From NCBI RefSeq assembly GCF_006345805.1, contig NC_042998.1:106516001-106580000 (forward strand): 64,000 bases of DNA, written 5' to 3'. The stretch's first letter is position 1, and every line of letters begins with the position of its first letter. The DNA is from Octopus sinensis. Taxonomy: Eukaryota. Position numbers and translations under genes: made by a program. The notes beneath the pieces are model-generated. The model was not told where the DNA came from and made no database searches. It was given only the letters and a program-made list of their open reading frames with translations. Of this stretch, positions 12,670 through 26,624 are shown one piece after another.

Positions 12670-13049
12670 TCCATACATGTGTTGGAAAATGAACTACAAC
12701 CACAAATCATAAAAGTGAGTGATGTCCAACATTTATTTCTTCCTCTACTGTTTCAGTAATGGTCTGTGCTTCATTACTAGAGAACAGAACTAGTTCAATG
12801 CAAACTTCGAAAAGTATCATTTGAATTCTATTATTGACTGAAAGCTATATAAGACATAATGTCCATTGTGAGAACATAGAAGAAACTGTAGTGACAAAGA
12901 GAAATGTATAGGATTTAACAAATTTGCTGGAGGTATACTAAGAAGAGGAGAATTAATTAAAACAGTAAGTATAGACACCAAAATCAGAAAATTAAGCATA
13001 ATCAACAATATAATTGTTAAGAGTAGATAAAACTGATAAGATTCATTAT

Positions 13050-13390
13050 ATGAAAATAAAGGAGCCAATTAAGAAAGAGTAGTATGGAAGAATCAGACTG
13101 ATATTAAAATCCAAATTCAATGCCAAACATAAGATAATGGTTATAAATACACTAGCCATTCTAGTCATAAACTACAGTAATATAATAAAATGGAGGCTAA
13201 TTAAATTAAGGAACCTAAATAGGAAAACTAGGAAATTTCTCTGAGCCCTTGAGGCCAATACTGACAAAGATAGGATTTATCCACTATGCACATTATCATA
13301 AAGTAACTAAAGTAAGTCTTGGTATATAATTAGAAGCAAGCAAAGGTAGACATGCCACTGAAGCAGTATAAAGACATGCTACAAAAGACC
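13050..13390 (+). mobile_element. Decayed R4/Dong-type LINE thumb region
   Basis: KEPIKKE*YGRIRLILKSKFNAKHKIMVINTLAILVINYS, homologous to ELNARNRIEAINALAIPVVTFS at ~43010-43080. Confidence 0.7.
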
Positions 13391-14712
13391 CTGAAAGTTT
13401 GTAACATTGACCTCCACTTGTGGACCACCCAGACTGCTAACCACAATGCTTGGCACTACACCATCCAGCAGGCTACCAGCACATTTGAGACAAACTATCA
13501 TGTCAGCTGAGAAGAGAGGAAAGCTGTATCAATGTAGAGCCAAGCACCACATGGACATTTCCCTGTGGCCACTGTAAGTGGATCTGCTACATCAGTCACC
13601 AGCATCCATGCACATGGAGTGGGAAAAGGGGATCCAATCTTTAGGCATACTTGTATGAAAGTCATCACCAAGAATGTACATATGAATGCATGTATATATG
13701 TATGTATGTCTCAGATATTTAAATGGTATCTAATATTGGGCTCTGACTTAGAAGTTCCAGGGTTTTGACATGTGTGGAACCACCTTTTAGCCACAATTGT
13801 TTCAAAGCCTAGCCTGACTTGGCATAGTTATGAATTAATTAGCATATAGATAAAAACCACTAGGAGTGTGGGACCCCAAGCTGTTGTCACAGCATCCTTC
13901 TAGGAGAGAGACACTGACGTAAACCCTGCAGTTTCACATGACTACTGGTCATCTCACTTCAGCCTCTCACAGAAACTCAATGAGTGGTACTGATATTATA
14001 CAAGTGTTTATCAAGTAATCCAATGACACACTAATGTCAATTTATAGTGATATCATTTGTCATTTGACATCCCAACAATTTAAAATCCTTAGGCAATTTA
14101 AGGATGGTGACATGTGCAGACCTAACCAGTTGAAAGCACACAATAACAAAACAGAAGTAATGAATCGTCATCTGAGAAGTCATGATGGAAAGTTAGAATT
14201 GCCATTGACAACAAAGAAGCACAAGGAGACAGAAATTATCTGTGAAGATGGAGTAATCACTATATATGTATGTCTGCATGTATGTAATAGTCTACTTTCA
14301 GTTTTCCTTATCCATATCCACTCATAAGGTTTCAAACAGCCTGGAGCAACACTACGAGACAGTTGCTCAAGGTGTCATGCAGTGAGACTGAGTCTAAAAC
14401 CAGATGGTTGGAACAAAAACTTCTCAACCATGCCTGCTCTTTTTTATGTCAAGTAATCTTTGATATTTAATACAAAGGAAAATCACATTTTAGCCCTCAG
14501 TTTCCACATATTTTCCATTTTTTTCTACTAATGTTTTTCAGCAAGGCATAAAAGTATTGTCTGATCTGTTTCCATTCCTTTGTAATTATAAAGTTTCACT
14601 AGCTCCATGTTTACAAAGGAGAGAAAATAGACAGACTAGACTTGTTTTTTTAATTCTCTATCAAGAGAATCAACTGGATCCTCCATCATTGTAACCAATT
14701 GAGTGCCAGTGT

Positions 14713-14752
<40 letters not shown>

Positions 14753-15314
14753 TCAAACTTTGACTCACAAATGCTCAAGAGGAAATTTAACTTCATCAGT
14801 TACACCACTTTTGGAGTGCTTGCAACGGCCATGAGCATGGCCTCTTCATCAGACAAAACCAATAAAAAAATTTCTAATTAACTCTCTACATTAAATATGT
14901 TATCAGTTACACAATTAAGAAATAGATGTTTTTTATCTTATTTTTCTTTAAATGATGACTTGTGTGTCACAAGGACTAAATATTTTCAGTTATGTTACTA
15001 ATAACCTTGCAATATGCATCAACATTACAAGATGCTGGTCTTGTAGTATTTTTTATCATTTACCTGTTTCAGTCATTAGACTGTGGTCATGCTGGGGCAC
15101 CACCTTAAAAGATTAAGTCAAACAAACTTACCACAGTGCTTTTTCTTTTTAAGCCTGGTATTTATTCTATAATTCTCTTTTTGTCAAACTGCTACATTAC
15201 AGGGATGTAAACAAACCAACTCATGTTGTCAAATGGTGTTGGACAAACACACCTACACATATATAGATATATACAAACATATATACACACACAACCACCA
15301 CTACCACCACCACC

Positions 15315-15758
<444 letters not shown>

Positions 15759-15764
15759 TATATA

Positions 15765-16055
15765 TAATATAAAATATAAATTAGAGATAAAATCACTATT
15801 CTACAACTCAAACAGGGATAGACATAGATCAAAACATAAATAACAAATAGAATATATTTTTATAAAACATATAACTAGATCTCAAAAAGTATAAAAATGA
15901 ATATCATATATTGATTATTCATTTTTATACTTTTTGAGATCTAGTTATATGTTTTATAAAAATATATTCTACTTGTTATTTATGTTTTGGTTTATGTCTA
16001 TCACTGTTTGAGTTGCATAATAGTGGTTTTATCTCTAATTTATATTTTATATTTT
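15765..16055. repeat. ~290-bp palindrome (~140-bp arms, 12-bp spacer) within (TA)n
   Basis: 15765-15903 is the reverse complement of 15916-16055; the inner ~56 bp are perfect. Confidence 0.9.
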
Positions 16056-16154
16056 ATATATTTATATTGTGAAATTTGATTTAATACTAAATTGAATTTT
16101 TCCCTGTAAGTTTGGAGTTATACTCCCTAATATTATATATATATATATATATAA

Positions 16155-16356
16155 TCTTATACTTGTTTCAGTCATGACTATGGCCATGCTAGAGCACCAC
16201 CTTTAGTCTAGCAAATTGACTTATTCTTTGTAAGCCTAGTACTTATTCTCTTAGTCGCTTTTGCCAAACCACTAAGTTTCAGGGATGTAAACGCTTCAGC
16301 ATTGGTTGTCAAGCAATGTTGGGTGGGGGGGGAGACAAACACAGACACACAAACAT

Positions 16357-16423
<67 letters not shown>

Positions 16424-16585
16424 GACAACAGGCTTCTTTCAGTTTCTATCTGCCAAATCTACTCACAAGGCTTTGGTTGGCCCAAGGCTATAGTAGAAAA
16501 CACTTGCCTAAGGTGCCATGCAGTGGGACTGAACCCAAAACCATGTGGCTGGTAAGCAAGCTACTTACCACACAGCCACTCCTGC
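16155..16585 (-). mobile_element. SINE family A, full length
   Basis: Reverse complement of 4264-4668 with a longer internal microsatellite; head-only copies lie at 14290-14440, 16760-16910, 18715-18880, 29980-30115 and 33065-33225. Confidence 0.85.
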
Positions 16586-16663
16586 AGCATATATATATAC
16601 ATATATATATATATAATATATATATATTATATATATATATATATATTATATATATATATATAT

Positions 16664-16695
<32 letters not shown>

Positions 16696-16706
16696 AATGA
16701 TGATGA

Positions 16707-16746
<40 letters not shown>

Positions 16747-18889
16747 ATATATACTATGAGTTTCGTTCAGTTTCCCTAGACCAAATCCACTGACATGTCT
16801 TTGATTGGCCCAAGACTATAGCAGAAACAATTGGCCAAGGTGTCATGAAGTGAGACTGAACTCAGGAACATGAGGTTAACAAACAAACTTCTTACTATAT
16901 AGCCATGCCTGTTTCTTATACTTAGAAGAAAAAACACCTATTCTGTTTTTATGTAGTTTAGATTTGTTAGTTTCTGTTTTTCTTCTCCTTTCATGATAAT
17001 CATTGAACAATTGGAATTATTTTCCTTTAGAATATTTTTCTGAAATCTTTCTGTTGGTTTTGAATGATCCATTAGTTTTTCTCCAGCCTTAATTTATTAA
17101 ACTAGTTTTGTTGAAATATATAATCTATTCCTTTTCTGTCTAGTCACAATGAGTATTGAGGTCAACATGAGACATGTCAGCAAGCCTTGATGAGAAGCTT
17201 TGGAAAACGTGAACTTTGAACAAATGAATATAACTCTTGATTGGCCTATCCTAATTCCTTTCTGGAACTCAATTATAAATGTGAATAAGCAAGGTGGTTG
17301 GTAGTTAGAGCGAAGGAAAATGTTATTTGTGAGACAAAACCAAAATGTTCTTTAATATCCGACAAATAAGAGCTATTTAAGCTCCTAAAAGAAATGCAAT
17401 TTTCTCATGGGGTTTCATTGTAAAAGCTGCTCACAATTTAGATTAGATTCCATGCAGCGTTTCCTTCTTTGAGAATTAAGGTCTGAGAATATTTAACAGA
17501 ATAAGACTAATTGAATATTAGCTTAGTCAAGGAAACTGAAAGAAGATTCAAAATTGAATGTATTGACAATAAGTGCAGACAATCAAAAGTTCAAGTGAGT
17601 GTGCGTATATGTACTCATGCCTGCATGGGAAATGGACATTAAATAATGATAACAACGACAACGAGAATGATGATGATGACGATGATGATGATGATGATGA
17701 TGATATATACGTATATATCATCATCATAACCAACATCATTTAATGTCCATGTTCAATGCTTGCATAGCCAAGACAGTTTGAGAGGATCAACAAGGTACAA
17801 GGATTGCATCATGTTCCATTGTCTACTTTGACATAGTTTCAGCTTCTACAACATTATAGCCCTACTAATGATATATATATATATATATATATATATATCA
17901 TCATCATCATCATTATCATCACCATTTAATGTCCATTGTCCAGTTTGGACAGTTTGAACAGAGCTGGCAAGCAAGAGAGCTGCACCAGGCTCTAGTCTGA
18001 TTTGGCATAGTTTCTACAGCTGGATGCACTTCTAACACCAACCACTTCACAGAGTGTGCTGGATGCTTTTACATATGTATGTATGTATGTATGATATACA
18101 CAAATATAAATACATAAATAATCTATGTATGCATATATAACTGAGATATGCAAAGCAGTGAACATCAAGATATTGACGTGTACATGCATGAAAATGAACT
18201 GGCTCTTTGCTCAAATTATAGGGAACAACTTCTCCTTATAAATGATATATGAAAACAATGCATATGCTCCAAGTGATCTAAGTGAACTACTTGACCCAGT
18301 GTTTCAGTCTGATTATTTCTTCTCAGTAGAAGATACCACGTAGAAGTTTGGAGCCATTCCACAGACCAGTAACTGTTTTGTTTGCTCATCTTTATGGATA
18401 AAAAAATTCAGCTTCTGTTAACTCTGTGTTTGCTCATGTTACCTTTCCTTTACCATATAAGAACTTATAATTGGATATTTAATGCTCACTGAATTGAATA
18501 TATAAGCATTAAATTAACTACAAATTTTGAACTTTGGTTCTACTCTACTAATGTCTACTTGGGCCAATGTATGGTCTGCAGCTTAGATTTTGACAATGTG
18601 AAATTGAAGTAAAAGACAGAATATTTTACATTTACAGTAAAAGAAAGAAATTAGGTGGAACCATTAAGAGAGAAAATATATAACATTTGACAGAGAGCAC
18701 TTTATCCCAAAATTCAAGCATGGCTGTACAGTTGGAAAGTTCACTTCTCAACCACAAAGTTTCAGGTTCAGTCTTACTGCATAGCACCTTGGACACAAGT
18801 GTCCTCTGCTATAGTCCCAGGCCAAAACCTTGTGAGTAGATTTGGCAGACAGAAACTGAAAGAAGCCTGTCATATATATATATATGCCG

Positions 18890-19790
18890 TGTAATATTGG
18901 CAGAAGGAATTAAACCTGCAAAAGAGCTCACTCACGAAATCATGGCTTTAAGTCAACCAAAAATCACTGAGGAACTGCAATCCTTTTTTGGAATAATCTG
19001 ATACTTTGAGCCACTCATTTCACTGAGAAAACAATTAGCATGCAGAAACTAACTATGGCTGATCGTTTTCAGTGGACAGACAAGTGCCAACTTGAATTTG
19101 AGAATATTAAAGATGAGCTATGCAAAGAACCAGTGTTGAAGCCATTTGATCCTAAATTACCTACCAAGCTGATGACAGATGCATCAATGAGCAGTGTTGT
19201 GGAAATACTTTCATAAAATGGTCACCCTATTCTATATGTATCAAGAAAATTGACACCTGTTAAATCTAACTGATCAAATATCGAACACGAAGTATTTGCC
19301 ATCATATGGGCCATTACCCATCTAAAACAATTTCTTCCACCAAAAACAAACTGATTCTTACAAATGGTTCTACTAGAATCAGGCAATGGGCTATCCAATT
19401 AATGGCATTTGATTTTAGTATATCACAAATCTTTGGCTCTAAAATTCCTCACATTGATGCAATGTCGAGTAGTGGATGAGGGAATTGTCTTTGTATTTGA
19501 GCAAGTGAGTGACATTCTATTTAGAGCCACGTTCATCAGTCGTGTGGAAAATATTACTGAATACAACAGGCACATTCAGCAAATCAAACACATGGTCATA
19601 TCCAGAAAATGGGCTTTGCAAAACAAGTGCAACCTTCCTTTCAAACACATGCATGATCAACTAACAATAGAAGACAGAATTCTATATTTGCAAATGAGAA
19701 TGTTTGTTCCCTACCAATTACATGACAGTATGCTTCATGACAGTCATGATACACATGCTCAGTAAAATTTCTTTTGAGTTCTGGTGGCCA
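18890..19790 (+). mobile_element. Ty3/Gypsy pol fragment (RT thumb, RNase H, start of integrase zinc finger)
   Basis: EGIKP..EELQSFFGII*YF; FQWTDKCQLEFENIK..EPVLKPFDP..LMTDAS..HPILYVSRKLT..SNIEHEVFAIIWAI; RIRQWAIQL; MLHDSHDTH. Confidence 0.9.
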
Positions 19791-19807
19791 AATATTTCTT
19801 CGTTTCT

Positions 19808-20520
19808 GTGTAGACCCAGGAAGACTGGGAATGAGGTGGTGAAGCATGACCTTTGAACATTAGGCCTCAACGAGGCAATGACTAGTGACCGAGACCTTTG
19901 GAAATATGCTGTGCTTGAGAAGACCTGGCAAGCCAAGTGAGACCATAACCCATGGTCTATGCCAAGGGTGTAAACAGCCCACTTATGCATACCTTTCCAT
20001 CATTGGACACTAAACTCTGCTTGCAAAAACCTGTTGACACAAGTGGAATCGAAATCGAAATCAAATTCAATGACTGGCATCTGTTCTAGTGGAGTGCTAA
20101 AAGCACCATCTGAGCATGATCGTTGCCAGGGCAGCTGACTGGCTTCCATGCTGGTGGGTTGTAAAAAGCACCATTACCAGCCTCGTCTTTCCAGTGCTTG
20201 TGCCGGTGGCTCATGAAAAATATTCAAGCAAGGTCTTTGCCAGTGCTGCTGGACTGGCTCCTGTGCAGGTGGCACATAAAAAACACCATTTGAGCGTGGC
20301 CATTGCCAGTACCGCCTGACTGGCCCTTGTGCTGGTGGCACATAAAAGCACCCACTACATTTTCAGGGTGGTTAGCACTAGGAAGGACATCAAGCTGTAG
20401 GAACTCTGCCAGATCAGATTGGTGCCTGGTGCAGCCATCTGGTTTGCCAGTCCTCAGTCAAACCGTCCAACCCATGCTAGCTTGGAAAGCGGACATTAAA
20501 CAATGATGATGATGATGATA
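19808..20520 (+). mobile_element. RTE LINE ORF C-terminus plus complete 3' UTR and (GAT)n tail
   Basis: RPRKTGNEVVKHDL*TLGLNEAMTSDRDLWKYAVLEKTWQAK*, followed by the hairpin-unit array. Confidence 0.88.
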
Positions 20521-20540
20521 ATATATATTATATATATATA

Positions 20541-20580
<40 letters not shown>

Positions 20581-20599
20581 TCATCATCATCATCATCAT

Positions 20600-21288
20600 C
20601 ATCATCGTTTAACATCTGCTTTCCATGCTTTCTCTTCTTACTCACTTTCCCTCCACTTTTCACTCACTATGTCCCTGTCATTTTTTCTCGACCCCTCCTT
20701 AATTCTTCTGTCCATCTGCTTCTACAACTCTCTCTCTTCTCTTCCCCTTCCTTAATTCTTTTGTTCCACTGCTTCTATTTTTTTCTCTCTTCTCTTCCCA
20801 TGTGACTGATCAGCCAGACTGCTCACTCTTACTGGGTCTGACCATGGTCCATGCAACATCGATATTCTTCCCTGTGTTTGTGAAATTTTTGTATCTCTGC
20901 TGTAAGGCTTCATTTACACACATGCCAGCTTAATTCAATTCGTCCTTAGTCAAAAGACACCTGTTGCTATGTCCTGTTATCATTTTTATTGTATTTATAT
21001 TTGTGTAACATTGTCTGTTTTCCCGTCCTTGTTTTTGTATACATTCGATGCTTTCTTCCAAGGAATCTAATGCTCTTAGCTTAGTTTTTCCTTCCTTGGG
21101 GCTGGCCAGATTGGAGTAATCTCAAGATTAATCAGCTGAAATTGTGAGGATGATCTGGCTCTTGACTGAGGATAGAAAGCATCGAATGACCTGTCCTTGT
21201 ATTTTTTTGTATTGTCTATCTGTATGTTTTGTTGTCCCTTTTTGTATCACCTAGTTGTCTGGATGTTTTGCGTTCTTGTCCCATTTTT

Positions 21289-21295
<7 letters not shown>
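20600..21295 (+). repeat. Interspersed repeat, unclassified (possibly a Penelope-like terminal region)
   Basis: Pyrimidine-rich start; 3' part shared with 5200-5378; ends at (TA)n. Confidence 0.5.
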
Positions 21296-21319
<24 letters not shown>

Positions 21320-22534
21320 CATACATACACACACATATATACACACATGCATACATACATACATACATACATACATACATACATACATACATACATACAT
21401 ACATACATACATACATACACATATATGTGTGTGTATGCATGAGTGTATATGTGTGTGAGTGCTTCTGTCTCCTTGTCTTGACATTGTGTGGTAGTTATAA
21501 AATGACTGGCACCGTCATATATCTTCTATGAAAGCATATCCAACCATGGGGAAATATTGCTTTGCTTGGATACAGGTGAGGGTTGATAGCAGGAAGAGCA
21601 ATCAGGCATAGAAAATCTGTCTCAACAAAATTTCATCTGACCTATGCAAGCATGGAAATGCTAACATTAAATTAATGACAATAGTGATGATAATCACAAA
21701 GAGTTCTGTTAAAAACACTAGATATTTTTTTTCCTCACAGTACACTAACAAATGTCATATTTTTGCTTTTATTTTTTTGTCCTTTAGAATACAGACCAAA
21801 ACTTGTCTCTTCAATTTCAGCAATCATATTCCATGTCATATGTAATTTGCTTTGCATATCCAATCTTCTTTTGTATGATTGATTGAAGATTCTAGTCGGG
21901 GCTATAATAATGACAAGTAACGTGGACTCACTTGATTCATTGAGGTTCCCAGGAGACAGACAAAGTTTGATTAAGTAAAAATAAATAAAAAATAATTTTG
22001 TGATTTCTCAATCTGCTTAAAATAACAGTCAAATGAGAACCATCATCAATAAGCTTTTTAAAATAAGAACTTTTTTAAATGGCCTCTGTAAAACAAACCA
22101 GTTCTTTCTTTTTTAGCTTCATTTGTTGTTAATTAACAACATGGATGTGGTACCAGACATATCATAGCCACAGCATAACCACAGCATAAACACAGTATAA
22201 CCACAACCTAGCTACTGCAACAATAAAAAAATTAAAAGAAACTAAAGTTTCCTCAAGAAATTTGAATAATTTCAATGAGAAAGGAATATAGTCCAACCTA
22301 AAGCATACTTCCTCTACGGTAAGTCAATTCACATTTAGGATACATTATAGAATGTAAACCAACCCCAGTTCTTGACTAGTGATGTATTTTATTGATCCCA
22401 GAGGAATGAAAGGTAAATTTGACTTTAGTGGAATTTAAACTCAGAAGATAGAAGATTGTATCTAAATATCATAAGACATTTTGTCAAACACTCTCACAAT
22501 TTTGCCTATTCATCACTTCTACCATTTCCCTCCT

Positions 22535-22803
22535 CATCATCATCATCGTTGTTGCCGTTATTATAACATCTACTTTTTCAGATAGAATCTGTTAGGGCAG
22601 ATATATTCTATAGCAAAATGTCCTTCCTGTTGCCATCCATCACATATTTCCAAGCAAAGTAATTCCCCATGACTGGACATTTTTTTCATGGATGATTAGA
22701 AACAAATGACAGTAATACTTATAATGGTGATGCACATTTACAATTATCATGCAATGTCAAGACAAGGAGACACAAATACACACATAAACAAGCATGCACA
22801 TAT

Positions 22804-22846
<43 letters not shown>

Positions 22847-23005
22847 ACAAACTTCTTCAGTTTTTGTCAACCAGATTCACTCATGAGGCTTTATTCGGCC
22901 TGAGGCTATTATAGAAAACCCATGTCCAAGGTACCATACAGTAAGACTGAACCTGAAACCACATAACTAAGAAGCAAAATTCTTGACCACACAGCCTACA
23001 CCTAA
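22535..23005 (-). mobile_element. SINE family A variant with an RTE-like tail (tail 2)
   Basis: Family A head at 22850-23005, a (CA)n linker, then a tail homologous to 21445-21690, 37390-38270 and 47180-47420. Confidence 0.7.
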
Positions 23006-23945
23006 CACAGCCCTGCACCTCACTTGATGTTTGATTTGTCTCATGCCTTAAGTCTATCACAGCCTTTATGCTCATTAATTCAGAGCTAATTTTCATGGCA
23101 TATATGCTACCAAGAGTACAATATGCACACACAAATCCCACTGAACAGGGCACAAGCCCTTTGCAAGTTAACCTCACAGAATGGACTGGTGGAAAATGAA
23201 ATGAAATATTTTGCTGAAGAACATAGTGCACTACACAGTTTTGGAATAGAAACCATGTTAGGATCATTGGCCTGACATACTAACCACTAAGTTATTGCAT
23301 CATTGGAGAGAGTGACTTTATTCAATAGTGTCGAACTGAGAGGGTCAATCTACATCTTGTATTTTATTACCAAACCAAATTTTTAATTACCTAAGGAAAA
23401 CGTTTCTTTTCAAGATGTAATCCAACAATTCATCAATAAAAAATGCACCTGAAACAGCTGTAGTGAACTTTTAACCCATTTGAGTTCTTATTTTATGCAA
23501 ACACCAAACCTGGATCTCGGACTTGGTTGGGATATTTGCATGTATATGTACATTTATATATACATGTATATGTGCGCATGTGCGTGTGTGTACATTTATA
23601 TGTAAATGTATGGATATGTTCATATATGCATGTGTATGTACAGGTGTGTATGTATGAGGTATATACATGTATGTGCTGAATTCAACCCTTTCCTGATTTC
23701 CTGAATATTAAAATACCAAGCAAATCCTACAATGCATTATGACATCTCCTCCAGCTGGCTACCGACACACATTCTGCATCCAATTAGTATTTGCGAGGGG
23801 AGGTCAGCGCTCCCATCCCTAGTCTTATGTGATACACACAGACTTGAGTTTCTGGGTGGTCTTCCTGGGGCTATAAAAGTCAGTAGCACTATCCCGTTTG
23901 GGATTCCACACTTTGTTGGCAATTATATGTTACGATATGCATATA

Positions 23946-24012
<67 letters not shown>

Positions 24013-24108
24013 ATATATGTATGTATATATATATATATATATTCCTGTCAAACTGTCCAGCTCATGCCAGCATAGAAATTGGACATTAAATTATTATGAT
24101 AATGATGC

Positions 24109-24144
<36 letters not shown>

Positions 24145-24190
24145 GTGCATAACGATGATGATGATGATGATGATGTATGTATGTATGTAC

Positions 24191-25670
24191 GTTATCATTC
24201 AGTTTTATTTCAAGATTTCTTGCCAATAGAGAAAGAGCCAGTTTCTAACCTAGATCCAAGGTTCCTTCATTGGAATTTCAACATCAACTGCAGAGTATTT
24301 TTGTTTGTATGTATATATGTATATGTGCATATTTGTATGCTTTATTTTACATATGTATTCTCATGCATATAGTTGCATATCTACACATGTTCATATATAT
24401 TTAAATGATTAACTTCTGGAAAGTTTTACAGGTTTTTACAGTTCCAGTGATGGATTAGATCTGTAGTCTTCAAATTAGCTTTTTCTTTTGTGGTTTTTTT
24501 CTAATTTCTCAAGATTGGTATTTAGGCAGTGTGTTACATATCCCAGGGCCCACTAATTACAGGTATAAACCTGAACTTGTAATCTGGATAGAGTAACTAC
24601 AGATTTCTCAATAGTTCAGCATAGGTTTTCTCTTTTTCACTGATCTTCAGCTTTATGTTAACATCCACTGGGTAGCTAATTTCCACAACTATACACAGTT
24701 TCTCTCTTCTATCCCAAATCATTATATCAGTCTATGGTGTTTACATTTTATTGAGGGTTTTACTGGGACATTCCACCAGTATTCCTTTTTATTATGAGTG
24801 GCTATGGCTTCTACCATACTGTGGGTTCTTATTTCTTTGTCCTTGGGGTTATCCTTCTGACAGATTTCATTACAGAGTGTCCTAGTTACAATATCATGTC
24901 TCATTGGTAGATGATACCGTGATGACATTTTCAGACAACAAAGTCTACATCAGTTGTCACATTTTACTGCTTTTCCTATATCTCTATCTCTTTTGTGCTT
25001 CAGGAATTTGGTCTATATTTACTGTCCCTGGATTGCCAACACATACCCTTCAAAGTGGGAGGTGGTAATCTGGCTATTGGTCCATGATAAACTGCTTTGA
25101 TGATCAATGCTACTCTCATCTTGGAGCTTTCTATTAACATATCCATGCATAGTTTTCTGCCCATAAATGCTTATCCTTTCATCAGATAATACATTCCAAT
25201 AGACTTGTGTGACTTCTTTGGGTAGATATTTAAGGTTGTCAGACAAGGAATGTTGAAGGAGCTGCCTTCCAAGTCTTATGATGTTATCAGCCTCATGCAT
25301 GCAAACTTGGTCAAGGAATGAATCTTCGACAGTTGGTGGTTAAAAGATGTTGCCAAAGGGATATGTTATGACTTTCGATCGATGTTAAGCCTCTGCTACC
25401 TTGCTTTCATTTTAGGTAGAGGCGTTCTACATTACGGTTTATGTGGAAATTATGTGTACTTGTTAGTATTTGGCGGTTTTTCACATCAATGGCTCAGATC
25501 TCATCAAGAATTCAATCAAGCAGCCCAAATGTTGGCATGAGTACTGGCACTGCAAACACATTGTGGGCCACTGTTTTATTGAATGCAGAGAGTCTGAGGT
25601 CCAAATTTTCTTTATTTGGTTGTAATATTCTTTAGTGATATGTGTTTTGTTACAGGTGCCATTGTAAGAT
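24191..25670 (-). mobile_element. R4/Dong-type LINE, 5'-truncated, in an (ACAT)n tract
   Basis: KEYYNQIKKIW, TMHGY, TSHFEGYVLAIQ and RHDIV..KEYWWNVP motifs; flanked by TACA repeats at both ends. Confidence 0.85.
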
Positions 25671-25987
25671 ACATACATATGTATGTATGTGTATGTATGT
25701 ATGTATGTATGTGTATGTATGTATGTATGTATGTATGTATGTATGTATGTATGTATGTATGCATATATGCATACATGTATGTAATGTCAGGTTGCTCTTG
25801 AGTGCAACTGGTAATATATAACCCAGTACATCCTGTTGCATGGTTAGGCTCTCAGTAACTACCTGGCAATACCAACAAGTCAGCTTGCTGAGTAGGGTGG
25901 ATTCTTGGACACCCTGCAGGGTTGAAAATGCTCATAAAAGGGTAGAGGAACTCAGAAGTGTCAATAGTCATCCAATTACATGATATA

Positions 25988-26375
25988 TCATCATCATCAT
26001 CATCATCGTTTAGCGTCCGTTTTCCATGCTAGCATGGGTTGGACGGTTCTACTGGGGTCTGTGAAGCCGGAAGGCTTCATCAGGCCCAGTCAGATCTGGC
26101 AGTGTTTCTACGGCTGGATGCCCTTCCTAATGCCAACCACTCCGTGAGTGTAGTGGGTGCTTTTTATGTGCCACCCGCACAGGTGCCAGACAGAGCTGGC
26201 AAACAGCCACGAACAGATGGTGCTTTCATGTGCCACCGGCACAGGGGCCAGGCAAGGATGGCAACGGACACGAACGGATGGTGCTTTTTATGTGCCACCG
26301 GCACGAGGCCAGTCGGGGTGGCGCTGGCAACGGTCACGAACGGCTGGTTCTCTTACATGCCACCGGCACTGGTAA
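25988..26375 (-). mobile_element. RTE 3' UTR fragment with four ~62-bp hairpin units
   Basis: (CAT)n-CGTTTAGCGTCCG end; core GTGCTTTTTATGTGCCACCGGCAC repeated. Confidence 0.85.
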
Positions 26376-26540
26376 CACATATATATATATATACATACAC
26401 ACAAAGAGAAAAGATGATAAAAAAAACAGATTTGTTTTACAGGATTAAGAAGTATATTAAAGTCATCATAATAATAAAGATATTATACATTCTTGTACAA
26501 AATAAGATTTTATCAAGCTAACACACACACATACACACAT

Positions 26541-26576
<36 letters not shown>

Positions 26577-26624
26577 GTACATATGTTTGTATGTATGTAT
26601 GTATGTGTGTATGTATGTATGTAT

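Noticed and set aside
21745-21970. ~75-codon open frame on the minus strand
   Set aside because: No convincing splice sites and no recognisable protein motif
26155-26372. Repeat-spacer pattern resembling a CRISPR array
   Set aside because: The spacers are homologous to each other, the array is part of a multi-copy LINE 3' UTR in animal DNA, and there are no cas genes
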